Part shown: positions 16,243 to 25,276 of the stretch, piece by piece
How positions within the stretch are numbered: position 1 is the first letter of the stretch
Layout of the letters: each line of letters opens with the position of its first letter
IMG/VR virus record: IMGVR_UViG_3300032250_000458
Span: 1 to 26,753 of that record
From: a virus
Lineage: Duplodnaviria > Caudoviricetes
DNA: 26,753 nt
Strand: one strand, 5' to 3'
Notes under the pieces: generated by a model
What the model was told of the DNA's origin: nothing
Database searches by the model: none
Seen by the model: only the letters and a program-made list of their open reading frames with translations
Position numbers and translations under genes: made by a program

Positions 16243-16529
16243 CGGCGGCCCTCTAGCCGGTCAAGGCGCACCGCGATGCTGGTCAGGTTTTCTCCATGCT
16301 TGGAATCGTTTGCAGCGCCTAGCACCTGCGACTTGACCAAATCGCCCACGATTGCGCGCAGCTCCGTCAGGTCGCGGTCTTGCCTTTCGAGGATCGCATC
16401 TTTGCGGCCCATCGTTTGGAAGATGCCGCCCACGCCAACCACCAGTACCACCAGTTGCACCACGCTGATCACGGTGCCCAAGGTTGTGGGCTGCTGGTGG
16501 CGGGGGCCAATGGAGGGAACGGGGCTCAC
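16239..16529 (-). CDS. Membrane protein with one TM and a coiled coil, holin-like (96 aa)
   Basis: GTGA-coupled start; LGTVISVVQLVVLVVGVGGIF TM followed by heptads ending RLDRLEGRR. Confidence 0.65.
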   Translation of the reverse strand: MSPVPSIGPRHQQPTTLGTVISVVQLVVLVVGVGGIFQTMGRKDAILERQDRDLTELRAIVGDLVKSQVLGAANDSKHGENLTSIAVRLDRLEGRR

Positions 16530-17053
16530 GCGCAGGCTCCATCCACCGCGTTCGGCATACTGAAGAAAAACAGGTTTTCGCCAGTTGCGCGCGCGGTCGC
16601 GTACATCATCACCACGGTGTTGTTGGCGATGGCCTTGAAGCTGAAACCAGCAGGGATGTTGGCGGTGGTAATGCCAGGGCCAAGCGTGGTGGTAGCGCCG
16701 ATCATCTGCGGGCCTTCGCACCCATTGATGGCCTTTCCCTTGGTGGCGATCAGGGAAGACTTGCGGCGGTAGGTATCGCTGGTGTTGTAGGTGCCCGTGG
16801 TGGACACGCTCACCTCTTCCCAATCGTATTCCCACGCGACTGGCTGCGCGGCGGTGCCGCCGATGGTCGCGGTTTTACCCGCAATGGCCGTGCTGCCAGT
16901 AATGCGTGCCATGAAGACCACCACCGGCGGCGGTGCGCTCTTCGGCCCGCGTTGCCCCTCACCGTTTATGCGGTTGATGGTGTCCGCAATGGTGCGCACT
17001 TGGTTCGGTGACCAAGGGCCAACATTGCCACGGGTAACGCCGTTGACGAACAT
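16526..17053 (-). CDS. Putative tail-tip protein (175 aa)
   Basis: TGATG-coupled start MFVNG; short N-terminal helix, Pro linker, OB-like beta region (ARITGS..WEYDWEEV..KAINGCE); ends VDGACA. Confidence 0.6.
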   Translation of the reverse strand: MFVNGVTRGNVGPWSPNQVRTIADTINRINGEGQRGPKSAPPPVVVFMARITGSTAIAGKTATIGGTAAQPVAWEYDWEEVSVSTTGTYNTSDTYRRKSSLIATKGKAINGCEGPQMIGATTTLGPGITTANIPAGFSFKAIANNTVVMMYATARATGENLFFFSMPNAVDGACA

Positions 17054-17958
17054 CAGATGCCTACCATGCCGATGGAATAAAAATTGGCAGTGTCCTTGAA
17101 CGGCTGCCGGAAGAACACGCATAATGCGTTACTGACTTCGCCATCCGGAACGGTGGTTGGCGCGCTACCGCAGGAATCAGTTTTCTTGCCCTTGATCACC
17201 TGCCCATCTGGGCCGCGCTTGGCGATTTGGCGCAGGTGGAAACCATTGTCGTACACAAATTGGTAAACGATCTCATAGGTGGCCGCACCCACGCGCGTGA
17301 TGCTGCAACCCGTGAATAGCAGCGTGTCCTGCGGAAAGGTGTACGGGCCGATGACAAAGTCTGCATTGTTGCGCTTGTTGATGAATCCCACCGGCGGCGT
17401 TGGCCTGCCAGCGATCACATTCCGAACGCTCACCTTTGCAACATTGTTGAAATAGGTGATGGGCTCGCCGCCCGAATCAACCTTGGTGCCGCCGATGTCG
17501 GTATCGGCTGGGGTGGCCTTGCTAGCGGGTGCCGTTGCGCCGATCCGGTAGACATCCACACCCTCACCGGCAAGGCTGTATTCAATCGCAGTAAATCCAA
17601 CCTCTCGCTCTACCTTGTAATCCGTGTTGGTGGTTCCAGCGTCACCAGTAAGCGATTCAAATGAAATGGTTGCTTGCCATGCAAAGCCCCCATCATCGAT
17701 CATCGATAGTGAAAAACTGGGCTGCGTGATTAACGAATACCAATACGCTCCCTGATCGGTAATCGCGCCACCAGCGCCGCCGTACTCCGTGGGAAACAAA
17801 ACATCGGCGATGGTGCCATCGCTCAAGATGTCGCTGGCGGTAAGCCGCTGCCCAGCTGCTTCGGTAATCACATACTGGGTTTGGCCGCTCCACTTTCCGC
17901 GATCAAAAGTGAATGTGGTTCCACTGGCGCGCTGGGCAATGTTTATGGCAAGTGGCAT
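17053..17958 (-). CDS. Putative distal tail/hub protein (301 aa)
   Basis: Directly follows the tape measure; beta-rich composition. Confidence 0.6.
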   Translation of the reverse strand: MPLAINIAQRASGTTFTFDRGKWSGQTQYVITEAAGQRLTASDILSDGTIADVLFPTEYGGAGGAITDQGAYWYSLITQPSFSLSMIDDGGFAWQATISFESLTGDAGTTNTDYKVEREVGFTAIEYSLAGEGVDVYRIGATAPASKATPADTDIGGTKVDSGGEPITYFNNVAKVSVRNVIAGRPTPPVGFINKRNNADFVIGPYTFPQDTLLFTGCSITRVGAATYEIVYQFVYDNGFHLRQIAKRGPDGQVIKGKKTDSCGSAPTTVPDGEVSNALCVFFRQPFKDTANFYSIGMVGI

Positions 17959-19149
17959 TTACACGGCTCCCGTTGCTGCTGCGAGTTTCGCCAGGTGCGT
18001 TGCGCTGGCCTGCGTGGCCTTGGCGGTGGCCTCTGCGGGCTTCGCCAGTTTATCTAGCCCGCTGGTGGTGCCAGCCATTTTCACGCTGCCCACGGCGCTT
18101 TGGATGCTTTCGATGTTGGAAACCGCGGTGGTCTTGGATGCACTAGCTTCGGCTGCCTTCAGTTTCTCATTCAGCGCGCGCGCGTTCTCTTGCTCCTGCG
18201 CGTCAAGGCCAAGACGATCCATCTTCTTTTGGAACAACTCATCCTCTGTCATCGTGCGCTCGTCTAGCGCATCCTGCAAATCATCCATGAAGTTCATCAC
18301 GGATTCCTCGCGGCGCTCCTCGGCGGCGGCGCGCATTTCTGCGCGCTTCTCCGCATCAGCCTGGGCACGCTCTTGAGCCTTCGCCGCTTCTGCTGCAATG
18401 CGTGCGCGTTCCTTCTCCGATTCTGCGGCCTGATCGGCAAGCATCTTCTCGCGTTCCTGCCGCTGTATTGCCTGATCCTGCGCCGCGCTTGTGGCCTCAA
18501 ATGCCGCGCGCAGCTTGTCGCGGGCTGCGACGATCTCCGGACCCTTTGCGCCTTCCTTCGTCATCTGATCGTTCAATTGCTTTTCAAGTTCCGCCAGGCG
18601 CTGCGCTCGCTCAACGCGGGTGCGCTGTTCGTCGTTCACCGCTTCGGCTAGTTCGCGCTGCCTCTCCAAATCGGCAGCCATCTTGGAACCCACGGCAAGC
18701 ATCCGCTCATTTCGCGCGGCTTCCTCTCGGCTTGCTTGCTGCCGTGCTTCCTGATTCCCGCTTGCGTCGCTGGTCAACCCGATGGCATCGGTGGCCGAAC
18801 CCAAACCCTGCCCAATCCACTTGCCTAGGGTGCCAGCAACCGGGATGCTTTCAAGTGTCTTGGCGAATCCATCGCCGATGGCGTAGGCAATGTTCGCACC
18901 GGCATTGTTGAAGATTGGATTCTTGAGTGTTTCATCAATGGACTTCAGCAGCGTGTCAGCGAGTTGGATTCCAAGAAACCCGCTGATTGCTTTCCCCATT
19001 GAGTTACTCCAAGACTTCATGCCCTTGGAAATGGCCTTCTCAATACCGCTCACCTTGTCCGTGGTAGCGGATTCCACTTTCTTCCAACCAGCGATGTACT
19101 GATCGGATTCAAGCGTCATTCGCGCCTTGAATGCTGCAACATTACCCAT
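17959..19149 (-). CDS. Tape measure protein, unusually short (396 aa)
   Basis: Follows the chaperone pair; MGNVAAFKARMTLESDQY-type N-terminus; Ala/Glu/Lys helical composition. Confidence 0.8.
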   Translation of the reverse strand: MGNVAAFKARMTLESDQYIAGWKKVESATTDKVSGIEKAISKGMKSWSNSMGKAISGFLGIQLADTLLKSIDETLKNPIFNNAGANIAYAIGDGFAKTLESIPVAGTLGKWIGQGLGSATDAIGLTSDASGNQEARQQASREEAARNERMLAVGSKMAADLERQRELAEAVNDEQRTRVERAQRLAELEKQLNDQMTKEGAKGPEIVAARDKLRAAFEATSAAQDQAIQRQEREKMLADQAAESEKERARIAAEAAKAQERAQADAEKRAEMRAAAEERREESVMNFMDDLQDALDERTMTEDELFQKKMDRLGLDAQEQENARALNEKLKAAEASASKTTAVSNIESIQSAVGSVKMAGTTSGLDKLAKPAEATAKATQASATHLAKLAAATGAV

Positions 19150-19462
19150 GAGCGGCCTTCCCTTCGATCATTGCCCGAATGGCGGCAAGCGATGCTTCTA
19201 CATCATCCTTTGGTTTTTCTTCGTAGGGCATGAAATCCGCCACCTTGAAAGGTGTGCCGCTGGTGCGGTGGCAGTTGGCCACGGTGCTGGCGATGATTGC
19301 GGAACGCAAATCGGAGCGCGTATCACCGAATGGCTGGATGGCGTTGTATGCGATCCATTCGGTTAGTTCGCGGCTCGACATGGTTTCCTCTAGTTCCGCG
19401 ACCGTCTTCCCTAACGCTAGCGCCAGTTGGAACAGGAAGCGCCGAAGCGGTCGCTCAATCAG
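19142..19462 (-). CDS. Tail assembly chaperone gpT-like frameshift extension (translated as a G-T fusion)
   Basis: The -1 frame after the slippery site reads LIERPLRRFLFQLALALGKTVAELEETMSSRELTEWIAY..PFGDTRSDLRSAIIA..DFMP, typical of gpT. Confidence 0.85.
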   Translation of the reverse strand: MIERPLRRFLFQLALALGKTVAELEETMSSRELTEWIAYNAIQPFGDTRSDLRSAIIASTVANCHRTSGTPFKVADFMPYEEKPKDDVEASLAAIRAMIEGKAAHG

Positions 19463-19800
19463 TTTTTTTCAATTGCTTCCTTGTCCTTCGCACCCATGCC
19501 CGAAAGACGCGTTGCGATGTCGTACAACTCATCGATGACGGATGCGGGCATGTCCCCAATGGCTTCGATGTCCGCGGCGCTGAACATCGGAGCGTCACCG
19601 TCATACGCGCACATCGCCACCAGGCTGGCGCGGATGTTGGTGAGGGTCTTTCCCTTCGCGCTCCAAATGCGCTGTTCCCATTCGTCACGCTTTGCGGCTG
19701 TAAGTCCGCGCATCGTTACAACCCCCACTCCGGGCACCGTTACCAGCTCGCAAGGAACGGTGGCCCGGAGTGCAAGGAACTTGTTCTTCAAATCACTCAT
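19459..19800 (-). CDS. Tail assembly chaperone gpG-like (113 aa)
   Basis: VTMRGLTAAKRDEWE..RASLVAMCAYD..MFSAADIEAI..IEKN; between the major tail and tape measure genes. Confidence 0.85.
   Translation of the reverse strand: MSDLKNKFLALRATVPCELVTVPGVGVVTMRGLTAAKRDEWEQRIWSAKGKTLTNIRASLVAMCAYDGDAPMFSAADIEAIGDMPASVIDELYDIATRLSGMGAKDKEAIEKN
19462..19468 (-). promoter_or_regulatory. Programmed -1 frameshift slippery site A AAA AAC
   Basis: GAA AAA AAC TGA at the end of the chaperone gene; X XXY YYZ heptamer opening the downstream frame. Confidence 0.85.
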
Positions 19801-20210
19801 CAGGCGGTATCCGAGATGGTGAGAGCGCCAGTAACCTTCACGGTGAATGAGACCGTGAGAACTGAATCAATCCCAATTTTGGTTGAGAAATCAGTCACAA
19901 TACCGTTGCCGGAAATGGTGTACCCACCAGCAGCGGTAATGGAAAATGCCTTTGCAACTGGCGCGGTGGCTACAGCCGTGCTGCTGATTTGTTCCCACGC
20001 CTTGCTTTGCCCACCGGCGGTGTCGTAATTCGCCTCAACCGTGATGGTGCCTGAATCGATCACTCCGGCGGTGAATGTTCGATGGCGCTCGGCGATGGTG
20101 GTGGTATCGATGGCCGTAAGCTTTGCGCCATCCATCGAAATCGAAATGATGTTGGCGCTTGCGCCGCTATCGAAAGTAAAGGTAGAACCGAATCCGCTAA
20201 CGCCTGCCAT
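19800..20210 (-). CDS. Major tail tube protein (136 aa)
   Basis: IDTTT..RTFTAGVIDSGTITVEANYD..VSFTVKVTG; AAGGA RBS. Confidence 0.85.
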   Translation of the reverse strand: MAGVSGFGSTFTFDSGASANIISISMDGAKLTAIDTTTIAERHRTFTAGVIDSGTITVEANYDTAGGQSKAWEQISSTAVATAPVAKAFSITAAGGYTISGNGIVTDFSTKIGIDSVLTVSFTVKVTGALTISDTA

Positions 20211-20223
20211 GTTGATCCTTTCG

Positions 20224-20667
20224 CTAGGTGATCGATGTGGGGTTCACGGCCGCGCTTGCGTAGTACGCATCGACCGTAACTACCGTGATGTGAATGCCCG
20301 TTTCCGTGCCTTCCGCGCCAATATCATAAGTCGATGTGATGCCGTTTTCACGGATTTCCTGAATGGTTGTGCTGTTGGCCATGCCCTTTGCGCCGTGCAT
20401 TGAAACCCGAACTGCCTCGCCAATCGTTCGTGAATCTCCAAGGTTTCCAGCGATGCACTCAATGTCAATGGAGCATTTCCGAACCTGATCCTGGCGGTCA
20501 AGGGACGGGCTCAAAGCGATATCGGATTGCACAGCAAGAACGATGGCCGGAAGGCTTCCAACATCCAAGCGATAAGCGGAAGTGATGCGGCTGCTTGGAA
20601 CAAGCGTGGTAACGGCGGTGCTTTGAGTCAGAGCGGTTCGAACTGCTGCAATCACAAGGTTGCTCAT
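20224..20667 (-). CDS. Tail terminator/completion protein (DUF3168-like; 147 aa)
   Basis: AVRTALTQSTAVTTLV..RI..LPAIV..IDIEC pattern; canonical position. Confidence 0.75.
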   Translation of the reverse strand: MSNLVIAAVRTALTQSTAVTTLVPSSRITSAYRLDVGSLPAIVLAVQSDIALSPSLDRQDQVRKCSIDIECIAGNLGDSRTIGEAVRVSMHGAKGMANSTTIQEIRENGITSTYDIGAEGTETGIHITVVTVDAYYASAAVNPTSIT

Positions 20668-21209
20668 TTGACTCCATTTCTTGCAGCGGCTTTGGCCGCC
20701 AGGCGCTCAAATGCTTCCGGAAGTTTGCGGTTCAACTGGCTTTCGGCCGTATACCTAAATCGCTTCAGGATCGAAAACGCACCGTTGAACCCGGTGTATG
20801 GATTCTTGGAGTGGCGGCCGGATTCCATTAGGAACATGCCTGGGCCCCAAGCCTTGAGGCGCACTAGATAACCCAACCCGCGCTTGAGCTTGGCAACCTT
20901 GAAGCCCCAACCATCCTTTCCGTCACGCACCAACGCTTGGATGGCTAGGTTTCGCGTGAATCCAACCGGCAAGCCTTGCCTGCGATTCTTGTTCCACCAG
21001 CGGTGCTGTAGTGCGCGCCCAAGTCTTTCCCCATCGTGTTTGCCCGTGCGGGAATCGAAGTACTGGAGCAATGCCATTTGTGTTGGCTCGCCAATTTCCT
21101 GAAACACCTTAAGAACGGTGTCATCCAGTTCGCGGCCGGTCATGGTGAGGATGGTTTTCCGGAACTCCGGCAACCCTTCCACGATCATGCGTTGGCTCTT
21201 GCTGGGCAT
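20664..21209 (-). CDS. HK97 gp10-like neck/tail completion protein (181 aa)
   Basis: IVEGLPEF N-terminus, FLMESG motif, basic; TAATG-coupled. Confidence 0.7.
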   Translation of the reverse strand: MPSKSQRMIVEGLPEFRKTILTMTGRELDDTVLKVFQEIGEPTQMALLQYFDSRTGKHDGERLGRALQHRWWNKNRRQGLPVGFTRNLAIQALVRDGKDGWGFKVAKLKRGLGYLVRLKAWGPGMFLMESGRHSKNPYTGFNGAFSILKRFRYTAESQLNRKLPEAFERLAAKAAARNGVK

Positions 21210-21559
21210 TACTGCACGATCTCCATAGCCATGCAATCGATGAATTCGCGGCGCTCACGCCAGTTGGTAACGGTCACGATTTCCCAAACCCGGCGCGTCA
21301 TGCCGCCCTCGGTGGAAACCGTTTGAAGTTGGCTACGGTGGGTCACATCGGGATGCCACCGCATCCGTAGCCGGTGACTTACTGTCTGATCCAACTGCTT
21401 GTGGTTCATGCGCTCGCTAGGGGTTGCGTCACTAATCTCGGCAAACAGGATGGTTCCCGTACCTGCGGCGCTCACCGTGCGGATGGGCTGCCCGTAGGTA
21501 TCAAGCGCGGTGGTAGCCACCATCAATTCAAGCGCCACGCGCATGTTGCCGGGGTTCAC
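21209..21559 (-). CDS. Head closure (stopper) protein, SPP1 gp16-like (116 aa)
   Basis: MNPGNMR..LDTYGQP..FAEI..SHRLRMRWHPDVT..WEI. Confidence 0.85.
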   Translation of the reverse strand: MNPGNMRVALELMVATTALDTYGQPIRTVSAAGTGTILFAEISDATPSERMNHKQLDQTVSHRLRMRWHPDVTHRSQLQTVSTEGGMTRRVWEIVTVTNWRERREFIDCMAMEIVQ

Positions 21560-22143
21560 CAGTAGCCCCCGTCCTGATACTGCACGATCAACCGGCGCAC
21601 CGTCATGGGGATTTCGGCAGGCGATGAACCCATCGCCACGCTCACGCGATTGTCATACATGTGGGCGCATTGCAGCAGGCACGCGTGTACCAGGGCGCGG
21701 GGAATGTTCGCGGCCGCCGCACCATAGCCCGCCGTGAATGCCACGGACACATCAAGCGCCCCCTCACCAAGCGTGCTGGGCCACGATTGCGAACCCTTCA
21801 GGATCACCCGCCCAATGCCGTTGACGCTGAACGCGTTGTAGGCGCTCGCGGAAAGCGTCTGCGTGGCCCCGGCTGCGTCGGTGTAGGTGATGCTAGAAAC
21901 CGAAATGAATGGCGAACGCGGCAACACGATTTCGCCATCGGTGGGGAACGCCTCCAGCGAATAGGTGAACGAACGCGTAATGAGCGCCCGCCGCGTTTCG
22001 TTTTCGATCACCTGCGTGGCGGCTAGCACCATATCGCCCAGGGCGGTGTCATCTTGGGTATGGAAGATGCGCCCGAAAACTTTGAAATCGGCCACGCTGA
22101 TCGCGGTGGTAACTGCGCCGGTGTCGTTTAGGTTCGTTCTCAC
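21556..22143 (-). CDS. Head-tail connector/adaptor, gp6 / phiE125 gp8-like (195 aa)
   Basis: ISVADFK..RI..DDT..IENETRRALIT..LPRSP..FTAGYG..IPRAL..AHMYDNR. Confidence 0.88.
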   Translation of the reverse strand: MRTNLNDTGAVTTAISVADFKVFGRIFHTQDDTALGDMVLAATQVIENETRRALITRSFTYSLEAFPTDGEIVLPRSPFISVSSITYTDAAGATQTLSASAYNAFSVNGIGRVILKGSQSWPSTLGEGALDVSVAFTAGYGAAAANIPRALVHACLLQCAHMYDNRVSVAMGSSPAEIPMTVRRLIVQYQDGGYW

Positions 22144-22433
22144 GCCCAAACCCTCATGGGGGTAGATGGTGCAGGGTCAAGGATCGGAAGTTCCGCGGCT
22201 TGGGCCTCGGTCAGTTCGCCAGCCACGCGCAAGTTCGCATGAAATCGCGCATCTGTTTGGGTCTGTTCGGTCGCTGGGTCAGTCCATGTGACGGGGCCGA
22301 TCCATCCGATGTCGATCCGCTGACCATCAAGGCTGTTGCGTTCGCCATCAATGCGCTTTACCTCAACACCAATTGAAGCAAACGCCTCAACCATCTGCGC
22401 TTCCGTGTTCGTGCGTAGGTAATAGTCGGTCAT
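22140..22433 (-). CDS. Small partner protein of the head fibre (97 aa)
   Basis: MTDYYLR..IDIGWIG..FHANLR..PSTPMRVWA; ATGA-coupled to the fibre gene. Confidence 0.65.
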   Translation of the reverse strand: MTDYYLRTNTEAQMVEAFASIGVEVKRIDGERNSLDGQRIDIGWIGPVTWTDPATEQTQTDARFHANLRVAGELTEAQAAELPILDPAPSTPMRVWA

Positions 22434-23740
22434 GTGGTCAGGCTCTGAAGGGTTGCGTTTGGAAGAACCGATGGCCAATACTTGAAATGCGACACCCAAA
22501 CAGACCCAAAGTCGGTAGCCGCCGTATCGGTTGTGTTGTTGAATCGAAGCGAGCCGATTGTTGCAAGTGTTCCAGCCGTGCTGGTATCAACCAACGCAGA
22601 ACCGCCGTTGATCACATACGTCATCCGGGAAACTGATGGCTCAAGTGTCGTAGCAAACTTGAACCGTCCGGCAGGGCGCGTGTGGTTCGCGCTGTTGATG
22701 AGCGTTCCGCCTGCGGTATTCCACGCCGTTCCAAGCATTCGCAACAGGCCAGCGGATGTGTTATTCAGTCGAAGGAAGTTCCATCCTCGGCCCGATGGCG
22801 ATTGCTCAAACCCGGCGAAATGCGGAAAACTTCCTTGATCGCGTGGGTTTCCCTCTACCTGCATTAGCACCGTTCCGCCGCTTTGATTGAAGTTTAGAGC
22901 GGAAATGTTAGCCATCGTCATTTCATCCCTTGTTCGCGCCACTTGGCTTGCGACCGTAGGAATGAATGAACTTGCTGCGGTGCCCTGTTCCATTTGCGGA
23001 CCCCACCAATCCGCATAATTGTTTAGTTCGCCGTTGATTCCTGAACCAAGCCCAGCGAAATAGCCCGTTATTGTATTGCCAGACGTAACGCCGCTGGTGA
23101 CAGTTGCCGAGATGCGATACCAACCATTGGCATATGCAACCACGCTTGCCCCGGTGCTTCCGGTCACATAGGTGATGGAACTTGGATTGGTTGCGTTGAA
23201 ATAGAAGCGCAGCAAAATGGTTGCGGTTGTTGCATTTCGTACCGCAACGCTAGTGAGAGCGACATTGCTGCTTCCCGTTAATGTTCCATTCTTGAACCAA
23301 ATTGAAAAGGTGCATGAAGTGGCGTTTATCGTTACGCTCTGTTGCATCGAACAGGTCGCGCCGCTGTTTGAGTTGACCGTAAATCGGGTGGATGTGTTGG
23401 TTCCATCGGGTGAAGTTGCACCGGTTCCAAGCGTGTATCCACCCGATCCCCAATAACTACCAGTAGTAGCGATTGGGTTGCTGTAGAAAAAGAGATTGGT
23501 AGCCGCACCCTCAATCAGCAGCCCGCGCGCGGTCAGCGTGGTTGGGTCATAGTCAAAGCGTGGGACATTCGTTCCAGCAGTTGCAACTAGCCCGCTGGAG
23601 TTGATGTAGGTGCTAGTGGTGCTGCTACGCGTGAAGGTAAAGCGACTATCAAGCGTGTCACCCATCGCGGTGAAATCCAGCGAAAGCGTGGAGCCATCGC
23701 CGCGCCGCAGCATGAACGGAACATAGGCGTTGCCCTTCAT
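22430..23740 (-). CDS. Head spike/fibre protein with LamG/ConA-like and carbohydrate-binding-like domains (436 aa)
   Basis: LSLDF..FTFTRSS..TY..PRFDYDPTT..GLLIE..TNL, GWYRIS, WGPQMEQGTAASSFIPT..TR.D motifs; located in the head module. Confidence 0.72.
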   Translation of the reverse strand: MKGNAYVPFMLRRGDGSTLSLDFTAMGDTLDSRFTFTRSSTTSTYINSSGLVATAGTNVPRFDYDPTTLTARGLLIEGAATNLFFYSNPIATTGSYWGSGGYTLGTGATSPDGTNTSTRFTVNSNSGATCSMQQSVTINATSCTFSIWFKNGTLTGSSNVALTSVAVRNATTATILLRFYFNATNPSSITYVTGSTGASVVAYANGWYRISATVTSGVTSGNTITGYFAGLGSGINGELNNYADWWGPQMEQGTAASSFIPTVASQVARTRDEMTMANISALNFNQSGGTVLMQVEGNPRDQGSFPHFAGFEQSPSGRGWNFLRLNNTSAGLLRMLGTAWNTAGGTLINSANHTRPAGRFKFATTLEPSVSRMTYVINGGSALVDTSTAGTLATIGSLRFNNTTDTAATDFGSVWVSHFKYWPSVLPNATLQSLTT

Positions 23741-23928
23741 CGCTTGCCCTGGCCTTTCTGCTTTGGTGCCTCGCTAGGCGCAGCAGGAACCGCGTGGACG
23801 CGTTCCGCTATGCCTGCCACGCACCATTGCTGCGCGGTATCCGGATCGACCGTAGCCACCTCGCCCGGCCCCCAAACGCCCTTGGCGCTGGCCACCGTTT
23901 TGAGGATTTGGATTTGAACCATTGTCAT
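23737..23928 (-). CDS. Small post-capsid protein (63 aa)
   Basis: IQILK..GPGEVATVDPDTAQQWCVAGIAERV pattern usual directly after HK97-type capsid genes. Confidence 0.7.
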   Translation of the reverse strand: MTMVQIQILKTVASAKGVWGPGEVATVDPDTAQQWCVAGIAERVHAVPAAPSEAPKQKGQGKR

Positions 23929-23939
23929 GGTGAGGAAAT

Positions 23940-23967
23940 CCGGCGAGGGCCTTTCGGCCCCCGCCGG
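23940..23967 (-). terminator. Hairpin after the major capsid gene (attenuator or mRNA stabiliser)
   Basis: CCGGCGGGGGCC-GAAA-GGCCCTCGCCGG then AUUUCCU (weak U-tract). Confidence 0.6.
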
Positions 23968-23986
23968 TGTGGGTGCAGTTTCAGTA

Positions 23987-25276
23987 TCAGGTGCTGGCGT
24001 TGAAAGCCTTGAACGCCAGGGCGGGGAGCGAGAGCTGGCAATCCATACGCATGTTTGCGATGTAGCCCGTCTCATTCGTGTCCGCGTAACGCTCGCGCAG
24101 CACCTTCAATTCATAGTTGCCCGTGGTGCCGAAGTAGCAGTAGTCCCACGCGCCGATGATGCCGATCTTGGTAGCGGTGGTGCCGCTCGTCGGAAGCGAC
24201 GAAATGGCCGCGCTGGTGTACACCGGGATGCCCATGATGCGATCCGGCTCCGGAGCCTGGCCGCTGCCGCCCTTGGTGTAGCCGTTCTCCCAGAAGTAGT
24301 TGGTGACATTGGTGGAACCAGTAACGCCGCCCAGCTTGCGGAGGTATCCCAAGGTGGAATCGTTCACGATGATCGCGCAGCTAGGGTGCTGGCGGTACTG
24401 GCGGGGCAGGCTGTAAATCCAGTCGATCACCTTCTCCGCCGTGAACGCCGTGTAAGAGCCGGTATTGGTGCTGGTGAGGGAAGCATCATTCAGCAGCGAA
24501 ACCGGCGCGCCGGAAACATTGGAAGCGGCCAGCAGCGCAGTCTCTTCCGTCTGACTGAAAACACGCGCCATCTGCTCGGTGACGATGGAAGAAATCGACA
24601 TGTTGCCGCCGCGGGCATCGGCATCGGCCACCAGTTCGTTCGACACGCGCAGAAGGGCCGAAAGGCGCTTCGGGGTGAGCGTGATCTTGGAGAAGGTGGG
24701 CGCAGCCTCGGTGGGGGCGGTGGACTCACCAACCCAGTACGCGGCACCCGTGGCGTTTTCGAAAGCCACTTCGCGCGCGAACGAACCCAGCGAGAGCTTG
24801 CGCGCCAGGTTGCGAACGCTCGTCATCGTCTGCAACTTGGCCACGAGCTGGTTGTCGAACTCGGTGGGCGGGATCACGGTGCCACCGCTGGCCTCGGTCA
24901 GCGCGCGAAGCTCCGCGGGTGCGGTGTGCTCGCCGTTGCGGAGGTAGTTGTGGAACGCGTCGCGGTACTCATCGGTCTCGCGGCGCTCGCCAACCTTCGC
25001 GGCGCGCTCGGCGCGCTGGGCGCTGCGAACCTCGGGTGCGGCGGGGATGTCGCTGAACACGGCCTGCTGGCCATTGTCCATCGCCATCACTTCCTCGTTG
25101 CGCTCACGCTGCTTACGCAGGTTGGCGTACTGGGTCTTGAGGGCGGTGTACTTCGCCTCCATCTCGGGGGCCATTTCGCCGCCGTTGGTGTTTGCACCAT
25201 CGACCATCGACATCATTTCCTGATAGAGCGCACCCATCTTCTCAATGAGGGCCTTGTATGAACTGGGGACTGGCAT
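23987..25276 (-). CDS. HK97-fold major capsid protein with N-terminal delta (scaffold) domain (429 aa)
   Basis: AGGAAGGAAG RBS before MPVPSS; ~100-aa coiled-coil leader; GGTVIPP, YWVGE, FSKITLTPKRL..RVSNELVAD, IMGIPVY, RMDC. Confidence 0.93.
   Translation of the reverse strand: MPVPSSYKALIEKMGALYQEMMSMVDGANTNGGEMAPEMEAKYTALKTQYANLRKQRERNEEVMAMDNGQQAVFSDIPAAPEVRSAQRAERAAKVGERRETDEYRDAFHNYLRNGEHTAPAELRALTEASGGTVIPPTEFDNQLVAKLQTMTSVRNLARKLSLGSFAREVAFENATGAAYWVGESTAPTEAAPTFSKITLTPKRLSALLRVSNELVADADARGGNMSISSIVTEQMARVFSQTEETALLAASNVSGAPVSLLNDASLTSTNTGSYTAFTAEKVIDWIYSLPRQYRQHPSCAIIVNDSTLGYLRKLGGVTGSTNVTNYFWENGYTKGGSGQAPEPDRIMGIPVYTSAAISSLPTSGTTATKIGIIGAWDYCYFGTTGNYELKVLRERYADTNETGYIANMRMDCQLSLPALAFKAFNAST

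Noticed and set aside
14894-23740. Diversity-generating retroelement or shufflon acting on the fibre or Cys-rich genes
   Set aside because: No reverse transcriptase, no template/variable repeat pair and no repeated crossover sites seen near these genes
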